DNA of 64,000 nucleotides from Eledone cirrhosa (lineage: Eukaryota): positions 2,728,001-2,792,000 of the forward strand of contig OZ024744.1 of the NCBI GenBank assembly GCA_964016885.1, given 5' to 3'. Positions 49,001-60,500 of the stretch are shown here, piece after piece. The notes beneath the pieces are model-generated. The model was not told the DNA's origin and did no database searches. It saw nothing but the letters and a program-made list of their open reading frames with translations. The translations under genes and the position numbers were made by a program. Each line of letters opens with the position of its first letter. Position 1 is the stretch's first letter.

Positions 49001-52000
49001 TGGGGGAAGACAAGGTAGAGAAAGATAGCTTGGTGAAGAACGAAGTTTTGAGGGAAGACAAGGTAGAGAAAGATAGCTTGGTGAATAACGAAGTTTTGGG
49101 AGAAGACAAGGTAGAGAAAGATAGTTGGTGAAGAACGAAGTTTTGAGGGAAGACAAGGTAGAGAAAGATAGCTTGGTGAAGAACGACGTTTTGAGGGAAG
49201 ACAAGGTAGAGAAAGATAGCTTGGTGAAGAACGACGTTTTGTGGGTAGACAAGGTAGAGAAAGATAGCTTGGTGAAGAACGAAGTTTTGGGGGAAGACAA
49301 GGTAGAGAAAGATAGCTTGGTGAAGAACGAAGTTTTGGGGAAGACAATGTAGAGAAAGATAGCTTGGTGAAGAACGAAGTTTTGGGGGAAGTCAAGGTAG
49401 AGAAAGATAGCTTGGTGAAGAACGAAGTTTTGAGGGAAGACAAGGTAGAGAAAGATAGCTTGGTGAATAACGAAGTTTTGGGAGAAGACAAGGTAGAGAA
49501 AGATAGCTTGGTGAAGAACGACGTTTTGAGGGAAGACAAGGTAGAGAAAGATAGCTTGGTGAAGAACGAAGTTTTGGGGGAAGACAAGGTAGAGAAAGAT
49601 AGCTTGGTGAAGAACGAAGTTTTGGGGGAAGACAAGGTAGAGAAAGATAGCTTGGTGAAGAACGAAGTTTTGGGGGAAGACAAGGTAGAGAAAGATAGCT
49701 TGGTGAAGAACGAAGTTTTGGGGAAGACAATGTAGAGAAAGATAGCTTGGTGAAGAACGAAGTTTTGGGGGAAGACAAGGTAGAGAAAGATAGCTTGGTG
49801 AATAACGAAGTTTTGGGAGAAGACAAGGTCGAGAAAGATAGCTTGGTGAAGAACGAAATTTTGAGGGAAGACAAGGTAGAGAAAGATAGCTTGGTGAAGA
49901 ACGACGTTTTGGTGGAAGACAAGGTAGAGAAAGATAGCTTGGTGAAGAACGATGTTTTGGGGAAGACAATGTAGAGAAAGATAGCTTGGTGAAGAACGAA
50001 GTTTTGGGGGAAGACAAGGTAGAGAAAGATAGCTTGGTGAAGAACGAAGTTTTGAGGGAAGACAAGGTAGAGAAAGATAGCTTGGTGAATAACGAAGTTT
50101 TGGGAGAAGACAAGGTAGAGAAAGATAGTTGGTGAAGAACGAAGTTTTGAGGGAAGACAAGGTAGAGAAAGATAGCTTGGTGAAGAACGACATTTTGAGG
50201 GAAGACAAAGTAGAGAAAGATAGCTTGGTGAAGAACGACGTTTTGTGGGAAGACAAGGTAGAGAAAGATAGCTTGGTGAAGAACGAAGTTAGGGGGAAGA
50301 CAAGGTAGAGAAAGATAGCTTGGTGAAGAACGAAGTTTTGGGGAAGACAATGTAGAGAAAGATAGCTTGGTGAAGAACGAAGTTTTGGGGGAAGACAAGG
50401 TAGAGAAAGATAGCTTGGTGAAGAACGAAGTTTTGAGGGAAGACAAGGTAGAGAAAGATAGCTTGGTGAATAACGAAGTTTTGGGAGAAGACAAGGTAGA
50501 GAAAGATAGCTTGGTGAAGAACGACGTTTTGAGGGAAGACAAGGTAGAGAAAGATAGCTTGGTGAAGAACGAAGTTTTGTGTGAAGACAAGGTAGAGAAA
50601 GATAGCTTGGTGAAGAACGAAGTTTTGGGGAAGACAATGTAGAGAAAGATAGTTGGTGAAGAACGAAGTTTTGAGGGAAGACAAGGTAGAGAAAGATAGC
50701 TTGGTGAAGAACGACGTTTTGAGGGAAGACAAGGTAGAGAAAGATAGCTTGGTGAAGAACGACGTTTTGTGGGAAGACAAGGTAGAGAAAGATAGCTTGG
50801 TGAAGAACGAAGTCTTGGGGGAAGACAAGGTAGAGAAAGATAGCTTGGTGAAGAACGAAGTTTTGGGGAAGACAAGGTAGAGAAAGATAGCTTGGTGAAG
50901 AACGAAGTTTTGAGGGAAGACAAGGTAGAGAAAGATAGCTTGGTGAATAACGAAGTTTTGGGAGAAGACAAGGTAGAGAAAGATAGCTTGGTGAAGAACG
51001 ACGTTTTGAGGGAAGACAAGGTAGAGAAAGATAGCTTGGTGAAGAACGAAGTTTTGGGGGAAGACAAGGTAGAGAAAGATAGCTTGGTGAAGAACGAAGT
51101 TTTGGGGGAAGACAAGGTAGAGAAAGATAGCTTGGTGAAGAACGAAGTTTTGGGGAATACAATGTAGAGAAAGATAGCTTGGTGAAGAACGAAGTTTTGG
51201 GGGAAGACAAGGTAGAGAAAGATAGCTTGGTGAATAACGAAGTTTTGGGAGAAGACAAGGTCGAGAAAGATAGCTTGGTGAAGAACGAAATTTTGAGGGA
51301 AGACAAGGTAGAGAAAGATAGCTTGGTGAAGAACGACGTTTTGGTGGAAGACAAGGTAGAGAAAGATAGCTTGGTGAAGAACGATGTTTTGGGGAAGACA
51401 ATGTAGAGAAAGATAGCTTGGTGAAGAACGAAGTTTTGGGGGAAGACAAGGTAGAGAAAGATAGCTTGGTGAAGAACGAAGTTTTGAGGGAAGACAAGGT
51501 AGAGAAATATAGCTTGGTGAATAACGAAGTTTTGGGAGAAGACAAGGTAGAGAAAGATAGTTTGTGAAGAACGAAGTTTTGAGGGAAGACAAGGTAGAGA
51601 AAGATAGCTTGGTGAAGAACGACGTTTTGAGGGAGGGACAAGGTAGAGAAAGATAGCTTGGTGAAGAACGACGTTTTGTGGGAAGACAAGGTAGAGAAAG
51701 ATAGCTTGGTGAAGAACGAAGTTTTGGGGGAAGACAAGGTAGAGAAAGATAGCTTGGTGAAGAACGAAGTTTTGGGGAAGGCAATGTAGAGAAAGATAGA
51801 TTGGTGAAGAACGAAGTTTTGGGGGAAGACAAGGTAGAGAAAGATAGCTTGGTGAAGAACGAAGTTTTGAGGGAAGACAAGGTAGAGAAAGATAGCTTGG
51901 TGAATAACGAAGTTTTGGGAGAAGACAAGGTAGAGAAAGATAGCTTGGTGAAGAACGACGTTTTGAGGGAAGACAAGGTAGAGAAAGATAGCTTGGTGAA

Positions 52001-54800
52001 GAACGAAGTTTTGGGGGAAGACAAGGTAGAGAAAGATAGCTTGGTGAAGAACGAAGTTTTGGGTGAAGACAAGGTAGAGAAAGATAGCTTGGTGAAGAAC
52101 GAAGTTTTGGGGGAAGACAAGGTAGAGAAAGATAGCTTGGTGAAGAACGAAGTTTTGGGAGAAGACAAGGTAGAGAAAGATAGCTTGGTGAAGAACGAAG
52201 TTTTGAGGGAAGACAAGGTAGAGAAAGATAGCTTGGTGAAGAACGAGGTTTTGGGGGAAGACAAGGTAGAGAAAGATAGCTTGGTGAAGAACGAAGTTTT
52301 GTGGGAAGACAAGGTAGAGAAAGATAGCTTGGTGAAGAACGAAGTTTTGGGGAAGACAATGTAGAGAAAGATAGCTTGGTGAAGAACGAAGTTTTGGGGG
52401 AAGACAAGGTAGAGAAAGATAGCTTGGTGAATAACGAAATTTTGGGAGAAGACAAGGTCGAGAAAGATAGCTTGGTGAAGAACGAAATTTTGAGGGAAGA
52501 CAAGGTAGAGAAAGATAGCTTGGTGAAGAACGACGTTTTGGTGGAAGACAAGGTAGAGAAAGATAGCTTGGTGAAGAACGATGTTTTGGGGAAGACAATG
52601 TAGAGAAAGATAGCTTGGTGAAGAACGAAGTTTTGGGGGAAGACAAGGTAGAGAAAGATAGCTTGGTGAAGAACGACGTTTTGAGGGAAGACACGGTAGA
52701 GAAAGATAGCTTGGTGAAGAACGACGTTTTGTGGGAAGACAAGGTAGAGAAAGATAGCTTGGTGAAGAACGAAGTTTTGGGGGAAGACAAGGTAGAGAAA
52801 GATAGCTTGGTGAAGAACGGAGTTTTGGGGGAAGACAAGGTAGAGAAAGATAGCTTGGTGAAGAACGAAGTTTTGGGGGAAGACAAGGTAGAGAAAGATA
52901 GCTTGGAGACGAACGAATTTTTGGGGAAGACAATGTAGAGAAAGATAGCTTGGTGAAGAACGAAGTTTTGGGGAAGACAATGTAGAGAAAGATAGCTTGG
53001 TGAAGAACGAAGTTTTGGGGGAAGACAAGGTAGAGAAAGATAGCTTGGTGAAGAACGAAGTTTTGGGAGAAGACAAGGTAGAGAAAGATAGCTTGGTGAA
53101 GAACGAAGTTTTGAGGGAAGACAAGGTAGAGAAAGATAGCTTGGTGAAGAACGACGTTTTGAGGGAAGACAAGGTAGAGAAAGATAGCTTGGTGAAGAAC
53201 GACGTTTTGTGGGAAGACAAGGTAGAGAAAGATAGCTTGGTGAAGAACGAAGTTTTGGGGGAAGACAAGGTAGAGAAAGATAGCTTGGTGAAGAACGAAG
53301 TTTTGGGGGAAGACAAAGTAGAGAAAGATAGCTTGGTGAATAACGAAATTTTGGGAGAAGACAAGGTCGAGAAAGATAGCTTGGTGAAGAACGAAATTTT
53401 GAGGGAAGACAAGGTAGAGAAAGATAGCTTGGTGAAGAACGACGTTTTGGTGGAAGACAAGGTAGAGAAAGATAGCTTGGTGAAGAACGATGTTTTGGGG
53501 AAGACAATGTAGAGAAAGATAGCTTGGTGAAGAACGAAGTTTTGGGGGAAGACAAGGTAGAGAAAGATAGCTTGGTGAAGAACGAAGTTTTGAGGGAAGA
53601 CAAGGTAGAGAAAGATAGCTTGGTGAATAACGAAGTTTTGGGAGAAGACAAGGTAGAGAAAGATAGTTGGTGAAGAACGAAGTTTTGAGGGAAGACAAGG
53701 TAGAGAAAGATAGCTTGGTGAAGAACGACGTTTTGAGGGAAGACAAGGTAGAGAAAGATAGCTTGGTGAAGAACGACGTTTTGTGGGTAGACAAGGTAGA
53801 GAAAGATAGCTTGGTGAAGAACGAAGTTTTGGGGGAAGACAAGGTAGAGAAAGATAGCTTGGTGAAGAACGAAGTTTTGGGGAAGACAATGTAGAGAAAG
53901 ATAGCTTGGTGAAGAACGAAGTTTTGGGGGAAGTCAAGGTAGAGAAAGATAGCTTGGTGAAGAACGAAGTTTTGAGGGAAGACAAGGTAGAGAAAGATAG
54001 CTTGGTGAATAACGAAGTTTTGGGAGAAGACAAGGTAGAGAAAGATAGCTTGGTGAAGAACGACGTTTTGAGGGAAGACAAGGTAGTGAAAGATAGCTTG
54101 GTGAAGAACGAAGTTTTGGGGAAGACAATGTAGAGAAAGATAGCTTGGTGAAGAACGAAGTTTTGGGGGAAGACAAGGTAGAGAAAGATAGCTTGGTGAA
54201 GAACGAAGTTTTGAGGGAAGACAAGGTAGAGAAAGATAGCTTGGTGAATAACGAAGTTTTGGGAGAAGACAAGGTAGAGAAAGATAGTTGGTGAAGAACG
54301 AAGTTTTGAGGGAAGACAAGGTAGAGAAAGATAGCTTGGTGAAGAACGACATTTTGAGGGAAGACAAAGTAGAGAAAGATAGCTTGGTGAAGAACGACGT
54401 TTTGTGGGAAGACAAGGTAGAGAAAGATAGCTTGGTGAAGAACGAAGTTAGGGGGAAGACAAGGTAGAGAAAGATAGCTTGGTGAAGAACGAAGTTTTGG
54501 GGAAGACAATGTAGAGAAAGATAGCTTGGTGAAGAACGAAGTTTTGGGGGAAGACAAGGTAGAGAAAGATAGCTTGGTGAAGAACGAAGTTTTGAGGGAA
54601 GACAAGGTAGAGAAACATAGCTTGGTGAATAACGAAGTTTTGGGAGAAGACAAGGTAGAGAAAGATAGCTTGGTGAAGAACGACGTTTTGAGGGAAGACA
54701 AGGTAGAGAAAGATAGCTTGGTGAAGAACGAAGTTTTGTGGGAAGACAAGGTAGAGAAAGATAGCTTGGTGAAGAACGAAGTTTTGGGGAAGGCAATCTA
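46064..54800. repeat. Tandem segmental duplication, period about 4542 bp (95 monomers), with a 383-bp indel in the distal part
   Basis: Offsets 47259/51801, 47834/52376, 48073/52615, 48455/52997, 49125/53667 and 49364/53906 are all +4542. Distally, 50367/54526 is +4159. Shared markers are GGGTGAAG, GACACGG and GAGACG. Boundaries are approximate. Confidence 0.87.
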
Positions 54801-57583
54801 GAGAAAGATAGCTTGGTGAAGAACGAAGTTTTGGGGGAAGACAAGGTAGAGAAAGATAGCTTGGTGAATAACGAAGTTTTGGGAGAAGACAAGGTCGAGA
54901 AAGATAGCTTGGTGAAGAACGAAATTTTGAGGGAAGACAAGGTAGAGAAAGATAGCTTGGTGAAGAACGACGTTTTGGTGGAAGACAAGGTAGAGAAAGA
55001 TAGCTTGGTGAAGAACGATGTTTTGGGGAAGACAATGTAGAGAAAGATAGCTTGGTGAAGAACGAAGTTTTGGGGGAAGACAAGGTAGAGAAAGATAGCT
55101 TGGTGAAGAACGAAGTTTTGAGGGAAGACAAGGTAGAGAAAGATAGCTTGGTGAATAACGAAGTTTTGGGAGAAGACAAGGTAGAGAAAGATAGTTGGTG
55201 AAGAACGAAGTTTTGAGGGAAGACAAGGTAGAGAAAGATAGCTTGGTGAAGAACGACGTTTTGAGGGAAGACAAGGTAGAGAAAGATAGCTTGGTGAAGA
55301 ACGACGTTTTGTGGGAAGACAAGGTAGAGAAAGATAGCTTGGTGAAGAACGAAGTTTTGGGGGAAGACAAGGTAGAGAAAGATAGCTTGGTGAAGAACGA
55401 AGTTTTGGGGAAGGCAATGTAGAGAAAGATAGATTGGTGAAGAACGAAGTTTTGGGGGAAGACAAGGTAGAGAAAGATAGCTTGGTGAAGAACGAAGTTT
55501 TGAGGGAAGACAAGGTAGAGAAAGATAGCTTGGTGAATAACGAAGTTTTGGGAGAAGACAAGGTAGAGAAAGATAGTTGGTGAAGAACGAAGTTTTGAGG
55601 GAAGACAAGGTAGAGAAAGATAGCTTGGTGAAGAACGACGTTTTGAGGGAAGACAAGGTAGAGAAAGATAGCTTGGTGAAGAACGACGTTTTGTGGGAAG
55701 ACAAGGTAGAGAAAGATAGCTTGGTGAAGAACGAAGTTTTGGGGGAAGACAAGGTAGAGAAAGATAGCTTGGTGAAGAACGAAGTTTTGGGGAAGGCAAT
55801 GTAGAGAAAGATAGATTGGTGAAGAACGAAGTTTTGGGGGAAGACAAGGTAGAGAAAGATAGCTTGGTGAAGAACGAAGTTTTGTGGGAAGACAAGGTAG
55901 AGAAAGATAGCTTGGTGAAGAACGAAGTCTTGGGGGAAGACAAGGTAGAGAAATATAGCTTGGTGAAGAACGAAGTTTTGGGGAAGACAAGGTAGAGAAA
56001 GATAGCTTGGTGAAGAACGACGTTTTGAGGGAAGACAAGGTAGAGAAAGATAGCTTGGTGAAGAACGAAGTTTTGGGGGAAGACAAGGTAGAGAAAGATA
56101 GCTTGGTGAAGAACGAAGTGTTGGGGGAAGACAAGGTAGAGAAAGATAGCCTGGTGAAGAACGAAGTTTTGGGGGAAGACAAGGTAGAGAAAGATAGCTT
56201 GGTGAAGAACGAAGTTTTGGGGAATACAATGTAGAGAAAGATAGCTTGGTGAAGAACGAAGTTTTGGGGGAAGACAAGGTAGAGAAAGATAGCTTGGTGA
56301 ATAACGAAGTTTTGGGAGAAGACAAGGTCGAGAAAGATAGCTTGGTGAAGAACGAAATTTTGAGGGAAGACAAGGTAGAGAAAGATAGCTTGGTGAAGAA
56401 CGACGTTTTGGTGGAAGACAAGGTAGAGAAAGATAGCTTGGTGAAGAACGATGTTTTGGGGAAGACAATGTAGAGAAAGATAGCTTGGTGAAGAACGAAG
56501 TTTTGGGGGAAGACAAGGTAGAGAAAGATAGCTTGGTGAAGAACGAAGTTATGAGGGAAGACAAGGTAGAGAAAGATAGCTTGGTGAATAACGAAGTTTT
56601 GGGAGAAGACAAGGTAGAGAAAGATAGCTTGGTGAAGAACGAAGTTTTGGGGAAGACAATGTAGAGAAAGATAGCTTGGTGAAGAACGACGTTTTGAGGG
56701 AAGACAAGGTAGAGAAAGATAGCCTGGTGAAGAACGACGTTTTGTGGGAAGACAAGGTAGAGAAAGATAGCTTGGTGAAGAACGAAGTCTTGGGGGAAGA
56801 CAAGGTAGAGAAAGATAGCTTGGTGAAGAACGAAGTTTTGGGGAAGACAAGGTAGAGAAAGATAGCTTGGTGAAGAACGAAGTTTTGAGGGAAGACAAGG
56901 TAGAGAAAGATAGCTTGGTGAATAACGAAGTTTTGGGAGAAGACAAGGTAGAGAAAGATAGCTTGGTGAAGAACGACGTTTTGAGGGAAGACAAGGTAGA
57001 GAAAGATAGCTTGGTGAAGAACGAAGTTTTGGGGGAAGACAAGGTAGAGAAAGATAGCTTGGTGAAGAACGAAGTTTTGGGGGAAGACAAGGTAGAGAAA
57101 GATAGCTTGGTGAAGAACGAAGTTTTGGGGAATACAATGTAGAGAAAGATAGCTTGGTGAAGAACGAAGTTTTGGGGGAAGACAAGGTAGAGAAAGATAG
57201 CTTGGTGAATAACGAAGTTTTGGGAGAAGACAAGGTCGAGAAAGATAGCTTGGTGAAGAACAAAATTTTGAGGGAAGACAAGGTAGAGAAAGATAGCTTG
57301 GTGAAGAACGACGTTTTGGTGGAAGACAAGGTAGAGAAAGATAGCTTGGTGAAGAACGATGTTTTGGGGAAGACAATGTAGAGAAAGATAGCTTGGTGAA
57401 GAACGAAGTTTTGGGGGAAGACAAGGTAGAGAAAGATAGCTTGGTGAAGAACGAAGTTTTGAGGGAAGACAAGGTAGAGAAAGATAGCTTGGTGAATAAC
57501 GAAGTTTTGGGAGAAGACAAGGTAGAGAAAGATAGCTTGGTGAAGAACGAAGTTTTGGGGAAGACAATGTAGAGAAAGATAGC

Positions 57584-60500
57584 TTGGTGAAGAACGAAGT
57601 TTTGGGGGAAGACAAGGTAGAGAAAGATAGCTTGGTGAAGAACGAAGTTTTGAGGGAAGACAAGGTAGAGAAAGATAGCTTGGTGAATAACGAAGTTTTG
57701 GGAGAAGACAAGGTAGAGAAAGATAGCTTGGTGAAGAACGACGTTTTGAGGGAAGACAAGGTAGAGAAAGATAGCTTGGTGAAGAACGAAGTTTTGGGGG
57801 AAGACAAGGTAGAGAAAGATAGCTTGGTGAAGAACGAAGTTTTGGGGAAAGACAAGGTAGAGAAAGATAGCTTGGTGTAGAACGAAGTTTTGGGGGAAGA
57901 CAAGGTAGAGAAAGATAGCTTGGTGAAGAACGAAGTTTTGGGGAATACAATGTAGAGAAAGATAGCTTGGTGAAGAACGAAGTTTTGGGGGAAGACAAGG
58001 TAGAGAAAGATAGCTTGGTGAATAACGAAGTTTTGGGAGAAGACAAGGTCGAGAAAGATAGCTTGGTGAAGAACGAACTTTTGAGGGAAGACAAGGTAGA
58101 GAAAGATAGCTTGGTGAAGAACGACGTTTTGGTGGAAGACAAGGTAGAGAAAGATAGCTTGGTGAAGAACGATGTTTTGGGGAAGACAATGTAGAGAAAG
58201 ATAGCTTGGTGAAGAACGAAGTTTTGGGGGAAGACAAGGTAGAGAAAGATAGCTTGGTGAAGAACGAAGTTTTGAGGGAAGACAAGGTAGAGAAAGATAG
58301 CTTGGTGAATAACGAAGTTTTGGGAGAAGACAAGGTAGAGAAAGATAGTTGGTGAAGAACGAAGTTTTGAGGGAAGACAAGGTAGAGAAAGATAGCTTGG
58401 TGAAGAACGACATTTTGAGGGAAGACAAAGTAGAGAAAGATAGCTTGGTGAAGAACGACGTTTTGTGGGAAGACAAGGTAGAGAAAGATAGCTTGGTGAA
58501 GAACGAAGTTTTGGGGGAAGACAAGGTAGAGAAAGATAGCTTGGTGAAGAACGAAGTTTTGGGGAAGACAATGTAGAGAAAGATAGCTTGGTGAAGAACG
58601 AAGTTTTGGGGGAAGACAAGGTAGAGAAAGATAGCTTGGTGAAGAACGAAGTTTTGAGGGAAGACAAGGTAGAGAAAGATAGCTTGGTGAATAACGAAGT
58701 TTTGGGAGAAGACAAGGTAGAGAAAGATAGCTTGGTGAAGAACGACGTTTTGAGGGAAGACAAGGTAGAGAAAGATAGCTTGGTGAAGAACGAAGTTTTG
58801 TGGGAAGACAACGTAGAGAAAGATAGCTTGGTGAAGAACGAAGTTTTGGGGAAGGCAATGTAGAGAAAGATAGCTTGGTGAAGAACGAAGTTTTGGGGGA
58901 AGACAAGGTAGAGAAAGATAGCTTGGTGAATAACGAAGTTTTGGGAGAAGACAAGGTCGAGAAAGATAGCTTGGTGAAGAACGAAATTTTGAGGGAAGAC
59001 AAGGTAGAGAAAGATAGCTTGGTGAAGAACGACGTTTTGGTGGAAGACAAGGTAGAGAAAGATAGCTTGGTGAAGAACGATGTTTTGGGGAAGACAATGT
59101 AGAGAAAGATAGCTTGGTGAAGAACGAAGTTTTGGGGGAAGACAAGGTAGAGAAAGATAGCTTGGTGAATAACGAAGTTTTGGGAGAAGACAAGGTCGAG
59201 AAAGATAGCTTGGTGAAGAACGAAATTTTGAGGGAAGACAAGGTAGAGAAAGATAGTTTGTGAAGAACGAAGTTTTGAGGGAAGACAAGGTAGAGAAAGA
59301 TAGCTTGGTGAAGAACGACGTTTTGAGGGAAGACAAGGTAGAGAAAGATAGCTTGGTGAAGAACGATGTTTTGGGGAAGACAATGTAGAGAAAGATAGCT
59401 TGGTGAAGAACGAAGTTTTTGGGGGAAGACAAGGTAGAGAAAGATAGCTTGGTGAAGAACGAAGTTTTGAGGGAAGACAAGGTAGAGAAATATAGCTTGG
59501 TGAATAACGAAGTTTTGGGAGAAGACAAGATAGAGAAAGATAGTTTGTGAAGAACGAAGTTTTGAGGGAAGACAAGGTAGAGAAAGATAGCTTGGTGAAG
59601 AACGACGTTTTGAGGGAAGACAAGGTAGAGAAAGATAGCTTGGTGAAGAACGACGTTTTGTGGGAAGACAAGGTAGAGAAAGATAGCTTGGTGAAGAACG
59701 AAGTTTTGGGGGAAGACAAGGTAGAGAAAGATAGCTTGGTGAAGAACGAAGTTTTGGGGAAGGCAATGTAGAGAAAGATAGATTGGTGAAGAACGAAGTT
59801 TTGGGGGAAGACAAGGTAGAGAAAGATAGCTTGGTGAAGAACGAAGTTTTGAGGGAAGACAAGGTAGAGAAAGATAGCTTGGTGAATAACGAAGTTTTGG
59901 GAGAAGACAAGGTAGAGAAAGATAGCTTGGTGAAGAACGACGTTTTGAGGGAAGACAAGGTAGAGAAAGATAGCTTGGTGAAGAACGAAGTTTTGGGGGA
60001 AGACAAGGTAGAGAAAGATAGCTTGGTGAAGAACGAAGTTTTGGGTGAAGACAAGGTAGAGAAAGATAGCTTGGTGAAGAACGAAGTTTTGGGGGAAGAC
60101 AAGGTAGAGAAAGATAGCTTGGTGAAGAACGAAGTTTTGGGGAAGACAATGTAGAGAAAGATAGCTTGGTGAAGAACGAAGATTTGGGGGAAGACAAGGT
60201 AGAGAAAGATAGCTTGGTGAAGAACGAAGTTTTGGGAGAAGACAAGGTAGAGAAAGATAGCTTGGTGAAGAACGAAGTTTTGAGGGAAGACAAGGTAGAG
60301 AAAGATAGCTTGGTGAAGAACGACGTTTTGAGGGAAGACAAGGTAGAGAAAGATAGCTTGGTGAATAACGAAGTTTTGGGAGAAGACAACGTAGAGAAAG
60401 ATAGCTTGGTGAAGAACGAAGTTTTGGGGGAAGACAAGGTAGAGAAAGATAGCTTGGTAAAGAACGAAGTTTTGGGGGAGGACAAGGTAGAGAAAGATAG

